A stretch of 60,992 nucleotides of DNA, filler included, from Platydemus manokwari (Eukaryota), in the NCBI GenBank assembly GCA_037951405.1. It is 6 parts of 6 records of this genome, joined end to end, with 100 filler letters (N's around TTAATTAATTAA, not from the genome) between each part and the next. Parts side by side here need not be neighbours in the genome. Positions count along the whole stretch, not along the records: positions 1 to 9,426 come from JBBMOY011250874.1; positions 9,527 to 22,582 come from JBBMOY011862499.1; 4 more parts are not named here. The stretch is one strand, 5' to 3'. The translations under genes and the position numbers were made by a program. The notes beneath the pieces are model-generated. The model saw nothing but the letters and a program-made list of their open reading frames with translations, was not told the DNA's origin and did not search any database. Positions 1 to 12,583 of this stretch are shown piece after piece. Every line of letters begins with the position of its first letter. Within the stretch, counting starts at the first letter, position 1.

Positions 1-411
1 AAAATAAATATCTTAATTATGAATTTCTAGAAAGAAAGGGTATAACTACTCATCTATTAAGTTCTAAATTTTTCATAAAACTTATTTATATCGTAATTAA
101 TAATGACGTATAATCTAGTTACCAGTAGAATGGTTTTTCATGAATTACTTTACTTATTGCTTGTGAACAAACAGTAATTTTAAATCTGAAATGGAATAAC
201 TGATATTTTAGTAAATGAAAAATGGAGAATTTGAAAGGTAGCACCTTGAACCTAGACAGTCTTTTATTGTATTGAAGCATGAACACTTATTTTATTTTAA
301 AGATCAGTTATTGATTGGATTTATATTACTATATTTAATATTTATATAGGAAAAGAACACACCAAACCATAATTAATAAATACAGAAATACATATTTTAT
401 AAAACTTTTAC

Positions 412-3400
412 TAATATTCGCTCCATTTCTCCTTTCATTACTTTTAGCTCCTCTTCGAATTTCGTAAGACTTAATTGTCGAAGTATAGGTGCATTTGCAC
501 CTCTTACAATACCAACTAACTGACCACCCTAAAAAAATATAACTAATGAAAAAAATTCTCACACGGACCCCCATAAAAAGAAATGTCGGTTCACATTTTC
601 CTTTATACGCGTGTAAAGATCTAATATTATCAACTTTGACTTGAGCGAATGCAATTCTTGAATCATTGATTTCTGCATGGAGTTTATTAAATAAACTTAT
701 AACTGATTTGCATGGTCCGTTCCAGTCTTGGTAAAGATCCGCGACTTCATAAGATACGAATGTTTAAGAATTAAATAATTATTTCATTAAGTAAATATAT
801 AATTTCAAATTATTAGTAAATAATAAAAGCAATAGCAACAGCAATAATAAATTATAATTAAAACGTCGGAGAAATGTAAGGTTCATCAAGATATTGACGG
901 GAATTATAAAGATAATAAATTAAATATATGAATAATATAATTTTACAATTCAAATTTGATTCTATCATTAATAACACCGACCTCTCAAATAGTCATTGTA
1001 AGATTCAACACAAATGTTTATAATGAAATTTTAGTTTTGAACTTTATATTAACATTTTTATGATTTAATCATTTGAATTTTCATGATTTTGATTTAGATT
1101 AAAAAATTATACTATTTATTCAATTACCGTAGATTACGTGTATTAAGATCTGCCTTTTTTGCAAAAAAATTAAGTCTAAAATCCAGGGGGATCTTAATAG
1201 GTGTAGTCAGCAACTTGGCTTACTGGATCAACCATTAATGCATGTGATTAGCTAGTTTCCTGTCGTTATTCAGATGCTTTATGATGCTACACAACAAATT
1301 GATATTTCAGCTAACAAATTTGTGTGCAATTTTTTGATTCCCGTAAAATGGCTGAAAGGCGAAATTCCTATACTGCAGGATACAAGCTAAAAGTGGTTGA
1401 GTTTGCCAAAATCAATGAGAATAGAGCTGTAGAACGTGAATTTGGGCCTCCACCTACTGCCAAAATGATCTGGACATGGCAAAAACAAGAAGATCATTTG
1501 AAGAAGATGCCTAAAGAGAAAAGACATTTGCCAAAACATGGAGCAAAGTGGCCAAAGCTTGAAGAGGAATTGAAAATTTGGATTCTTGAGCACCGTCAGA
1601 GAGGCATTGTAGTCTCGACCAAGATTGTCATGCAGGAAGCTCAAGCTATCACTGACTTTAAGGGAGGTCCAGTTTGGTTATACAGATTTAGAAAACGTCA
1701 GGGTTTGGTAATAAGAACAATAACAAAATTAGCCCAAGGAATTCCTGAATTCTATGAAGAAAAAGTCCTATCTTTCCACAAATTTGTCATCAGTACTCGG
1801 CAACAGTTTAGCTATGAATTTTCACAGATAGGCAATTAATGACACGCCTCCGAATTTGCATTGTCCTGATAATCACACAATAGATGAGAAAGGAGCCAAG
1901 ACAATTGCTATTTGTACAACAGGTCATGAAAAAAGTCATTTTATCTCTGTTTTGACCTGTATGGCTGATAGTACCAAATTGCCTCCACTATTAATCTTCA
2001 AACGTAAAACCCTGCCTAAAGACAAATTCCCCTAAGAGATTGATTCATGTTCATTTAAAAGAATGGATGAACTTGCAAGGCATGGAATTATGGTTTGATA
2101 AGGTATGGTCTAGACGTCTTGGAGGCCTGTTGAAGAAGAAATCTCTTTTGGATTTTGATCAGTTTATAGGACATTTGAGGGAAAAGGTAAAAAAAAAGGC
2201 TAAAGAACTGAGAACCCAGTTAGCAGTCGTTCCAGGTGGTTTCACAAGAAAATTGCAACCTTTTGATGTCAGTATCAATAAATCTTTTAAGGCAAACATA
2301 AAGGAGGAGTGGACCAAATGGATAAATGAATCTGATTCAAACTTAACTCTATCAGGCCTGTTGAAGAAGCCAACAATCTAACAAGTCTGACAATGGGTGA
2401 AAACTTCATTGGATACCACCAAGAAAGATGTAATCATCAAATCATTTAAGAAAACAGGTATTTGTAATGCCTTGGATGAAGAAACAGAAGATATGTTTTA
2501 CAGAGAAGAAGAATTTCATGGTTTCTATGACGAATAAAGTAATTTAGGTTTTTCTAAAACTTTTGATCTAAAAATGAGGGGGCTCTTAATAGATGTAGGG
2601 TCTTAATACACGTAATTTGCGATAAATAAAAAATTATATAAAATCAATAAAGTTTTGTGATTGATTTGAAATTAAAATACATAAATTCAGTGGAAACTAT
2701 TTTAAAAGTTATTTAATAAACCGATTTATATCTTAAATGAAAGTTATGTTTGAAACCAACTCTTTCAATATTATACACATAAGACTACAGCGCATTGCGT
2801 GATTACTCTCACCATTGATAATAATGTTCTTGTCCATTTTATTAGAAATACTTCAAGTGACTAATTATTTACCGTTACAATTTTTTTAGGATAAATCATT
2901 TATTCAAAATTTATTAAATAAACATTTAACTTCAATATAAATTGTATTTTAAAGGGATTCTAAACCATGAAATAATTAAGAAAATGAATTTAAATATAAG
3001 AACGATTATCTATAATTATGTCAATGGTTGAAACTTATTTACATTTTTAAAAAATACATGTTGTAATCCTATTCTATTCTACCTTTATTTTTTATGAATA
3101 TATAAATAAAATATAAATAAACTCATTTTTAAGGTATCTCGTATCCAAATTTAATTACATTCAAAATTTTTCAGCTTTTTGATAATGATGGTGGTATATA
3201 AATTAAAATAGTGATTATTCGGTCATTTAAATGATACAAATAATTGCTATAGTGTACAGGAAAGTGGTATAAAATATGGAGAGCTAAATTTTATATTTAA
3301 TTTTCATAAAAACATTTATGAAACAAGTTAATCGATTGTTTAAATATCAGGTGACTTAATTATTTTGAAGTCATATTTCAATTTTTTTAATTTGTTACAA

Positions 3401-4176
3401 AATTCCATGCTTCTTAGGATAACATTTAGAAATTACTATATCGACTAAAATATTATAAAAAATGAATGATCATATACCACCATATATATATTTAAAAGCA
3501 ACAACAAAAGTTATACTTCATAGAAAGCTCATAAATCTTCGATATAAGATAAAAATTTCAATTCTTTTCAGATTCTTCTCTGTTTGTTAATATCACTTTC
3601 GACATGAAATTATATTTAAACTTGAGTGATATTAAATACAGAGATGTGAGTATATTTAGAGGTTAAGTACCAGTTAAGGTCTTCACAATTATTATGCCCA
3701 ACATTCCATTTATGATATTTTATTCAATAAATCTTCTCCGTACTCTAATTTTTCAAATAAGGAAGGTCATCTTTATTATTTTATTAATTTCAATTTAGTT
3801 ATTTGTGAAGATTGAATTATAAACATCAGAATTAATACTATTTGTTTATCATTTTATGAAGTTACATAAATCAACATAAATAATTAGATTAGTTAATTAA
3901 CTTTTATAGACACTTCTCTTAACAATCTTGACCTAATTAGATTTAAAATTTTAATACGAATATTTACGTAAATTATTAATACTACCATTTTTACATCTTT
4001 GAGATGACGAACAAAAATGATTTGTAAAATATAAATTAAAATAATATAGAGCTAATTCTTTACAAAATTTTAAGATAACCAATACCAAATAATCCATTAA
4101 ATTTCATAAGCTTGTCCCAATCCTCTTGATTCTCAATACTGGATATAACACTTAACTCAGCCTTTTTTGTACCCAT
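412..4176 (-). CDS. NME8: NME8/NME9 (TXNDC3/TXNDC6)-like thioredoxin-domain protein, N-terminal exons; may continue beyond the left edge of the window
   Basis: Exons 4176-4086 (MGTKKAELSVISSIENQEDWDKLMKFNGLF), 744-569 (VADLYQDWNGPCKSVISLFNKLHAEINDSRIAFAQVKVDNIRSLHAYKGKCEPTFLFMG) and 528-412 (GGQLVGIVRGANAPILRQLSLTKFEEELKVMKGEMERIL). GT-AG introns 745-4085 and 529-568 have compatible phases. The motifs YxGKCEPTFLF and GGxLVxxVRGANAP are characteristic of the NME8/NME9 thioredoxin domain. Either GT at 411-410 is a donor, or the frame reads through to TAA at 399-397. NME8 and NME9 cannot be told apart by eye. Confidence 0.9.
1127..2622 (+). mobile_element. pogo/Tc2-type (POGK-like) DNA transposon, both ends present but transposase disrupted; lies antisense in the large intron of the NME8-like gene
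   Basis: 22-bp TIRs CCGTAGATTACGTGTATTAAGA (1127-1148) and TCTTAATACACGTAATTTGCGA (2601-2622), 3 mismatches. TA on both flanks (1125-1126, 2623-2624). Subterminal direct repeat GGGGG(A/C)TCTTAATAG(G/A)TGTAG near both ends. Internal transposase remnant. Confidence 0.92.
1348..2537 (+). pseudogene. pogo-family DDE transposase pseudogene (Brinker-like DBD, CENP-B-type HTH, DDE_1)
   Basis: Motifs RRNSYTAGYKLKVVEFA, KWPKLEEELKIWI, TGHEKSHF..LTCMADSTKLPPLLIFKRKTLPK and LAVVPGGFTRKLQPFDVSINKSFK. Broken by stops or frameshifts at about 1837, 2033 and 2379. Confidence 0.9.
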
Positions 4177-4177
4177 C

Positions 4178-4244
4178 CTATGAACGACTATGAGAATTCA
4201 AATACTTGTGGTCTATTTAATAAAACAAAACGTACTATACTTAC
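4178..4244 (-). other. Probable 67-nt 5'-UTR intron (or trans-splice acceptor region) of the NME8-like gene
   Basis: Perfect GTAAGT donor at 4244-4239 on the - strand; CATAG acceptor ending at 4178, one nucleotide before the ATG at 4176. Confidence 0.55.
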
Positions 4245-4773
4245 CGATTCTTTTTAAGGTAATTTAAAGTTATTTTTTATTTGTTATCATGTTCTGTAAG
4301 TAAAATTTATGATTTTGTGGGTTTTGTATAAGTTAAACAAGCTATTTTTTTAACCCTAATATCAAAGTGTATAAATGGAAGTCTATAATCACTATTCAAT
4401 ATTTTCTTAATATCTTCCCATTTAAACCAATATTATCTCGAATTTCCAACCCAATTAATTGGATTTGAGCTTTTTTCAACCATTCAATTTTTCTGGACTT
4501 TGGTATTCTATATTTCATTTGAATTTTTGTAGACTTTCTTTTTCATAAACCAGGCATAGTAAAATAAAACCAAAATTATTTCATAACTTTTTTGATTTTT
4601 CATATCTATAAATATACCAATAATGATCAACAAACTATATCTAGTATGAGAAAATACAATAAAATTTTAAATAAGTTTTGAAACGTATTTGAGATTTTAT
4701 TTATGAAAAACTACTACGAGAACACTTTTAAACGATTGTACAAAACAAGAAAACTGAGCAAAGTAAACATAAT

Positions 4774-7700
4774 TTAATTCTTTGTAGAACTTTCCATCAA
4801 TTTTCTAATTTCTTTGTCAAGTTCAGTAATGACTTGATCATGGCTTGTATAAAGCCCAGTTCTCAAAAGAACATCTCTTTCTTCAATTAATCTCATGACA
4901 TGTTCAGTAGTAGCCCCATCCATTCCATTCACATCAATAACTAATTTATCTGATTCGTCATTTAATTTCTGGGAATCCATCTGAGCTTCTTCGCGCAATC
5001 TTAATTACTGATTAAAATATTTTAAAAATGTAAAATAACACTTGTGTAATTCCTGACGGATAATATCTAACTGAGACGATCCACCTGTATTGGAATCATC
5101 CATTGTTTTATACCGCATTTTCAGCTGCTCTAATTCCATTTCTTGTCGGCGTAAATGATCTTTAGATAATTGATCCTGTTTCTGTTTAAGCCTTGTAAAA
5201 TAAATAAAACAAGCAGGAAATAATACTTTATTACCTGGCAACCTCATTTAATGCTCTAACCCATTGCTTTTTATAATGAACTTTGGATTTAAGAGAGGAT
5301 TCTAAGGCTTCTTCTAATTTCAATTTGTCAGATTGTAATTGATTTACTTCACTATGAAGTTTTGTTTCTGGAGTATTTGACTGCTTCGCTTTGTATTGAA
5401 TGAACTCTTTATCAAGTTGCTGATATTTTTGCTGCCAATCATGTGCCTATTCATTTAAGAATATATGTTAAGATACAGAAAAATTTTATAGTTATTTCCA
5501 AAATGTTGTTCAAATTTATTGATTAGATTAATCTGATCTACTTACTATCGAGTCATCTGAGTCTGTCAGAAAATTATATAAATAGACCTTCTATGACATT
5601 TTTCTATAATTTTTGGATGTTGTAATATCAAGATTGTTTCTTAAATATTTTAATTTGGGGTACTTTTTATGTATTTTATTAATGATTGGCTTCATTTTCT
5701 CATTATTCGAATAAGTATTTTATGGACACTCTACATATCATGACTGTGTTTTGTTCGATTTTAACATTTGCCTGCATAATTTGACATTCATTACACGACT
5801 GGTGATCTTTCTAATGTTATGATAAGAAAATTCCGCCAGTACCATGGAATGATATAGGGACCATGTAATATTTGTGGCATAAAATAATACACATTGTTAT
5901 TGGAAATTACAATGAATAAAACGGACGTGAATAAAACATAAAAATCATAGATTAACAGTTCTATTTCGATTAAGTCCAACTGATGACAAAATCGCTTCCT
6001 AAAATCTATCATTGATCATATTTAGTTATTTGTATCACAATTTGTATCATTTGTTCATAATTTTTATGAGCTTTTAATGATAATTGAAATAAATACCATG
6101 GATTTCCAATGTTCGACATGAGAAGATAACATCAAATTTTGATGCTGACAATCTTGCTCTAATCGTCGACTTGCCTCACGTAAATCGGTTGTTTGTCTTT
6201 CAGCTTCTGATTCAAGATCTTTACGTAATCTCTGTAACTCAATTTCTCCTGCTGTCAATTGTCTTTCTCTTTGAGCCAAATTCATAATTGCCGTTCTCAG
6301 TGCTTTTTCTAATTCTTCATATTCAGCCACCTTAACAATATCGAAATAATTTTCAAATTCACGCAGTTATTATTAACCTTTTTCTTTATAAGTATTTCTC
6401 TTTCCTTATCTCGTCTCTTCCACTCTTCTGCTAAGCTTGTCATAGTTTGATTTTCTTTTTCTTTTAAACGTGTAAGAAATGATATTTCTTCCGCTTCTTT
6501 CCATAACTCCAATTCTAATGCAGCCTTATATTCAACATTATTTCGTCCGTCATCCTCATTATTTTGCAAATTACTATTAGACGTACATTTTGTTTTCTAA
6601 ATAAAAATATATAAATTATTATGGAAGAAATATCAGAAAAATAGAAACCTTTTCTGTTTTATGAAGCTCTCTATGGTCTTTTAGAGATCCAAAATCTTCT
6701 AAAGATAGATTGTATACCAATTGCCCAATATAATTAATATCGGATGTTGAATTATTAGTATCAATGATATGACCCACATCTCCGTATGTTAGACAAGCAT
6801 GACCTTTATGGTTTAATATAATACTCATAAAACTGTAGCTATATAAAACAAACCTTTGTGATTTGACTTTTTTCCAAAATTCGATAGAACTTTGTTTAAT
6901 GGTATTTTAACAATTCCCAAACAATGATCTGAATCTTTTGTTTTATCTCTTTCAAAGATCTCCACGATTAAAGGATTGTTAAATAATTTCTTTTCTAACT
7001 AGAAGAATATTAAAGAACGAATTAAAAAGTGAAATACATAAATTTTACTGTTTTTTTAAAAATACTTAAATCATAAAACAGAATAAACACATAAACTAAC
7101 TTTGTGAGATAAAATTTCTATAAGAAAAAACAGCTAATTTGTCTTTATAATTTCTTAACTTGAATTTTAAAGCATCAGGCTTTCAAATTTTTTTAAAAAG
7201 ATCAATTGTAAAATCAAAATGTTTAAATAAAGAAAAGGCTTAATAAACCGTTTCCAACTAATTCAAAAATGTATTTAAAAGATTTTAGAATTTGATATGA
7301 ATAGAGGAAATAAATACAACAATATTTGATAATTGCCCCAATAAAATCATTTTAATACATAAATGACAATGATTGCTTTGAAGGTAGACAGACAAATAAT
7401 TACTGAGTAATATTATACACATACTATTCATATTTACAATGGAAGATTAAAGATAAATTATTTCTCACAACAGAAAATCAATCAATGTTCATAATTTCTC
7501 TATAAATTTTAAAATCTATAATCGTTACGTCATATTCTATAAATGAGATGAAAGTGTATTTGGTTTCATGATGGAATCATTTCGATGAACCTCATATAGA
7601 AAATTTCGACAGTCTTACTTAAAATAAAAACTATTGATTCTTTTTAAATCAAATAAAATCTCATTATTATACAGATTTTCATTAAAAACCCACCAAAAAT

Positions 7701-8927
7701 CAATAATTTAAATGATAAAATTATGCATATTTTTCTTAAATTATTAAAATAATTAATTAATTTTGTTTAATTAAATTATTTTTAAATATCTTGTAGTATA
7801 TTTTTATTTAAGAATACATTTCTACTAACAATTTTATATTAAACACATATCTCGTAAGCTTTTATTCTTTCATCAAACCCAGACTGTATTTTTCCTATTA
7901 AGCAATTTCCTAACAATATTTTGATTCACATTTTTAGAAAGCGTAATCAAACTCAATCTTATGTATTTTGAAAAACATTATTTAAAAACTGCCCATATAA
8001 ATGATGTACAGAATATATCAATATTATATTATTTCAATATTACATAAAAGGCCAAGTACTTGAATATCATATTATATTATCTAATAGTTTCAAAGTGTTT
8101 GATTAAAGAATAATTAAAATAATTACGCTTTTCCAAGTTCCACCAAACTCAAATGCACAATATCCTTGAGGTAACAGAACATCTTGATCTCTGCGAACTT
8201 CGATAGGAGGGTGCGTCATAATGGGTGCAGCGCTACCAAATAAAGGGTAAACATATCTAAAATAAATTAACCCCCATAAAATATATTGTAATAATTAATT
8301 TATAAACCTTGCATAAATTCTCTTAGTATGATCAGCTCTGGCTAAGTTGCGAATACTTCGTAATTCAATTGAATAACACAAGTGATGCATAGATTCTTCA
8401 AGAGTACTGTCGGAAAAATATTCTATGTTTTCATTATTAGATATATCTTTGACAAGATTCAAATTTTCTTTTGAATGACTCTTTGGCAGACGAACATTTG
8501 GTGGGAATTTTTCTAATAGAGAAAGTATTCACCATGAAATCATGGATATGAAATCAAATGAACCTATTGAACGATTTCGTTTTAATTCTTTGACAGATTC
8601 ATTTCCAAATCTTTCAACTCTTTGCAGAACCAAAGATACTTTAATCGATGGCTCATCCTTATTCCAGGCTAATTGCCGTGTTTGCTTTGCTAATGTTTTT
8701 GGATTATAAAACTTATTCACAATAATATAATGAAAAAATTTTAAAAATCGATAATTACATTAAAATGATTTTCCAGCACCGCGGGTTTTTGAAAGGAATG
8801 ATTGACATTATTAAGTAGAGTTGACACTGGAATTTTAGCTATACCTAGAGAATGTTGGTTACAACATAAATGAATCTGAATATAATCTTGGTGCTTAAAG
8901 AACATTTTGAGAATATCCAATGTTGAC
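4774..8927 (-). CDS. CEP120: Centrosomal protein CEP120 (end of C2B, C2C domain, coiled coil); 5' exons not visible
   Basis: Eleven phase-compatible GT-AG exons: 8927-8759, 8711-8564, 8512-8308, 8256-8127, 6998-6854, 6803-6649, 6596-6378, 6330-6097, 5446-5235, 5191-5042, 4999-4774. Diagnostic peptides: [91 protein letters not shown]. Confidence 0.95.
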
Positions 8928-9426
8928 CTTGAAAATGAAAATCATATTAAATTATCCAATCAAACATGATTATTATTGAATCACATTTCATAAATTGGAG
9001 TAAGAAATACAATATTAATTTCAAAATATTAAATCCAAAATTCAAATTGGCATAGGATAAAAAATAAATAAACGAAATGATATAAATATCATTTTATTTA
9101 TAACTATGTTAGAAAATTTCGTTATTTTCAAAATATTTCATCAAAAGCAAGAGCTCATGTGGAATACATGATATACAGCTCCGAGAATTAGCTAAACATA
9201 AAAGAAGTCTAAAAAATTCACATTATGCTATTAAAAGCATTACAAATGATCACAATCAATAAACTACTTATGAGATCTATTGTAATTGCTATTCAATTTT
9301 CTATCAATGTCTTATCTCGATATTTTTCAGATCAAATTCAAAAACGTATCAGTAGGTTTTGATTTTAATTTATTACATCCAATTAAGCAATATACATATT
9401 CAACCATATCTTCTATTGAGGAATAA

Positions 9427-9526
9427 NNNNNNNNNNNNNNNNNNNNNNNNNNNNNNNNNNNNNNNNNNNNTTAATTAATTAANNNNNNNNNNNNNNNNNN
9501 NNNNNNNNNNNNNNNNNNNNNNNNNN
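9427..9526. other. Assembly gap with artificial TTAATTAATTAA linker
   Basis: N44-TTAATTAATTAA-N44, identical at all five gaps. Confidence 0.97.
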
Positions 9527-9800
9527 TTAATTAATATTAAATTAATTACTTAATTTTAAATAAATTGATTGATATTAAATTAATAATTTGATATTAAGTT
9601 AATTAATTAATTAATCGATAGTAAATTAATTAAATGATATTAATTTAATAAATTGATGTCAATTTAATTAAATAATATTAAGCTAATTAACTGATCTTAA
9701 ATTAACTAATTGATATTAAGTTAATTAATTTATGTTAAATCAATTAATTAATATCTAATTAATTAATTAAAATTAAGTTAATTAATCGATACATTAATTT
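9527..9800. repeat. Degenerate AT-rich minisatellite (~19-bp unit like TTAATTAATTGATATTAAA)
   Basis: Repeated ttaatta(a)ttgatattaa(a/g) variants at a contig end. Confidence 0.7.
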
Positions 9801-11826
9801 ATCAGGTTTCTAAATGCGCTTGTATCAAATCGATATCTTTAATATCGCAATCTAAATTTCAAAAGAAGTAGCAATTCTTAGCGGATTGTGGATTTTATAG
9901 AAATAATGATTTATATTTTAAATTTTTCTCACAATAAATTTGGAAAAAAATATCAAAAATATCAGCCAAATGATATTGGAAATAGAGTCTTACAAAAATA
10001 ACCCAGTCCAAATGGTCATATGCATGATTATTGTTAGATGACAACAATAAATAACGCATTTTAGTGATATCCTCCCGTGCAGATTAGAAGAAGATTTTAA
10101 CTAATTATTTTTAACAAAATATACCATTTCATTATTGAATGACATTGATAAATCTGGCAAAGACAAGAGCAGTAATTAGTTCAATCAAGCTCTCATTCTC
10201 TCTCTTTCTAATTTTCCTTTTCCAGAAATCGAAATGAATTTCGTGATCTATTTATTGTTGAACGAAAATAGTCGATTAATATTTTTTTTCTGCGTTATTT
10301 GAAAGTGAAAAATATAATCCAATGGATTTCAGCTTTGATCCCATTCGATAATGGGCTGATTGTAGTGATCTGGGGAAAATATTTTTTTTCGCTTTATTCT
10401 CCTGATTATTTTTGTTAGCCGATCGAGAATTTTCTGGGATGCGAATCGATATTTCCGCACTGTTCAATGGAATGAATAAGGAAAATAAACTTTCAGCTCG
10501 TTGAACTTTCTCTCCATAGAGCGGCTATGGTTGAATAGTTTGCTTTGTTCTTCTGTTTTAGCTAAAGACAATATTGTGAACTTCATTCAATGAGTTTAGA
10601 TTTTCTCTTTACGTACTATTAATTAATTTATCAATGAGTTCTCATTCTGCGCTTCCCTAATTCTCATTAACAATAGAATGAAAGTATTTCCAAATAATTT
10701 GGGAAATTATTTATGGGAATTGGATTTATATTTATTATGGTATTTTATCAATATAATAACTATAACTGTTACAATGATTATTTGATCATGTGAGTATATG
10801 TGATGATTCAACGAACGAGGATGGGGGGGGAAGAAATCCCTATTGACAGAAACAACTATCCACATGCAAAACCGTAATCTAAATCATGTATGTAAAATTT
10901 TGTCACTCTTAATTTTTCAATTTAAGAGCAATTTCTCAACTTCCTATTGGATTCTAATGAAACTTTATAGGTTAGATTATTAAAATGAAAATTGTTTAGT
11001 ATATACCTATAATTTATGATTTCAGTGACTCTATTATTCATATATCCATAATCGAAGATATTCTCTAATTTTATAATTTTCTATTTTATGACTTATAAAA
11101 TCTTAAATTCAGAAAGGAATTCATGTTAGAAACATGAACGTTTTCTGTAAATGAAGATAAAAATTCACTTGATTTGGTTTGGTTTCGTATTAAGTTTTAT
11201 ATTTTTCAAACCAATCTTTAAAATCATGGGAAAGCTGTATTTTTAACGACAAAAATAAAATCAAAATTTTGTTTTAATAAAAATATCTATAGATGGACTA
11301 TTTGTTAGGATTGCTATCGGTTTGACCAGGAAACCTTCATGACACGAGCAGTCAATCTTAATCTCAGTCCCCTTCAGTTCCAACGAATTTATGTAGTCAG
11401 AGTTTATAATTTTATATCTGGATATTCGTTAAAAACCGCTACAGAACCATTAACGAAATCTCGAAGAAGAATTTCAAATAAATCGATTAAGGTTTTGATT
11501 TATATTTTTGCATTTTCTTTCTGTTAAAATGACAATTAATGAGCGAACATGTGATATTAATTAGATATTCTCTCTACTATTTATACTTGTACTATAAACA
11601 TTTAGATAAAGACATTCATCATAAAGTTCTCAATTTTCTTTCGAGTTCTAGTAAAAATCCATTAATAAGAAAATGAAGAAATCTATAAAAATCATCTTGC
11701 GCGAATTTTTCGTCAAATTACTCAATTACTGAACAAAAGTCACTAATTGATTTTGTTTTTCAAAAAATGGTTTCGATTTTCACTAAAATGGAATTATGGA
11801 TTGGAAAAATAATTTATATGTTAAAG

Positions 11827-11942
11827 CAGTGGTTTTCGACCATGGTTCTACCAGTACACTCCAGGGGTTCCTCAATTTCTAAATTTCGAAATTAGAACAA
11901 CGAACAAATGAACGACATATTAAATTCATTTTCGAAAATATA

Positions 11943-12023
<81 letters not shown>

Positions 12024-12583
12024 CACTATTATTATTTCATTATTTTTCTTATTATTTTATTAATATTTATTGTTTAAATATACTAACTTTAGCCTTAATT
12101 AAACTCGCTACATTTGAAAAATCAATTTGTCCTACCACTATTATGTTTGCTTTTATATATTTTCGTTACTGGTTGAAAATGAATATCCTGCAATTGCCCA
12201 GAAAGTGTTACGACTTATTTCGCAATTTTCAACCTCATATTTGTGTGAATTTGGATTTCCAGCTCTGTCAACCATCAAATTCAAGAAACTAGAATGATTG
12301 CTGTCTGCAGAAGATAAACAAGACAGAATCTTAAAGAGTTGTGCAAGAAAATTTCCCACTGAGTTTTTGATAAAAATAAATTTAGTCAATTCAAACATGT
12401 ACAATTTTGTTTTCATTTCATCAACAAACATGTACAATACTCTGAACACATATACTTTTATTAAATTTTGAAAAATAACTGCTGCTTTCTGCATAAAACA
12501 ATTAAATTATTGCACAGTGGTTCCTCGAGCCAAAGGAATATTTTCATGGGGTTTCCATCTAGCAAAAAGGTTGAAAACCACTG
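11827..12583 (+). mobile_element. Internally deleted hAT transposon (Buster/Charlie subfamily)
   Basis: TIRs CAGTGGTTTTCGACC and GGTTGAAAACCACTG. Perfect 8-bp TSD TGTTAAAG (11819-11826, 12584-12591) with central TA. Internal remnant EYPAIAQKVLRLISQFSTSYLCEFGFPALSTIK (about 12181-12280) matches the hAT C-terminal dimerization domain. Confidence 0.93.
11944..12035. repeat. (ATT)n microsatellite inside the hAT element
   Basis: Long near-perfect ATT run. Confidence 0.95.

Noticed and set aside
335-574. ORF-track 79-aa ORF with a CxxC (CKRC) motif
   Set aside because: Starts in exon 2 of the NME8-like gene and reads through the 40-nt intron into exon 3 in the wrong frame.
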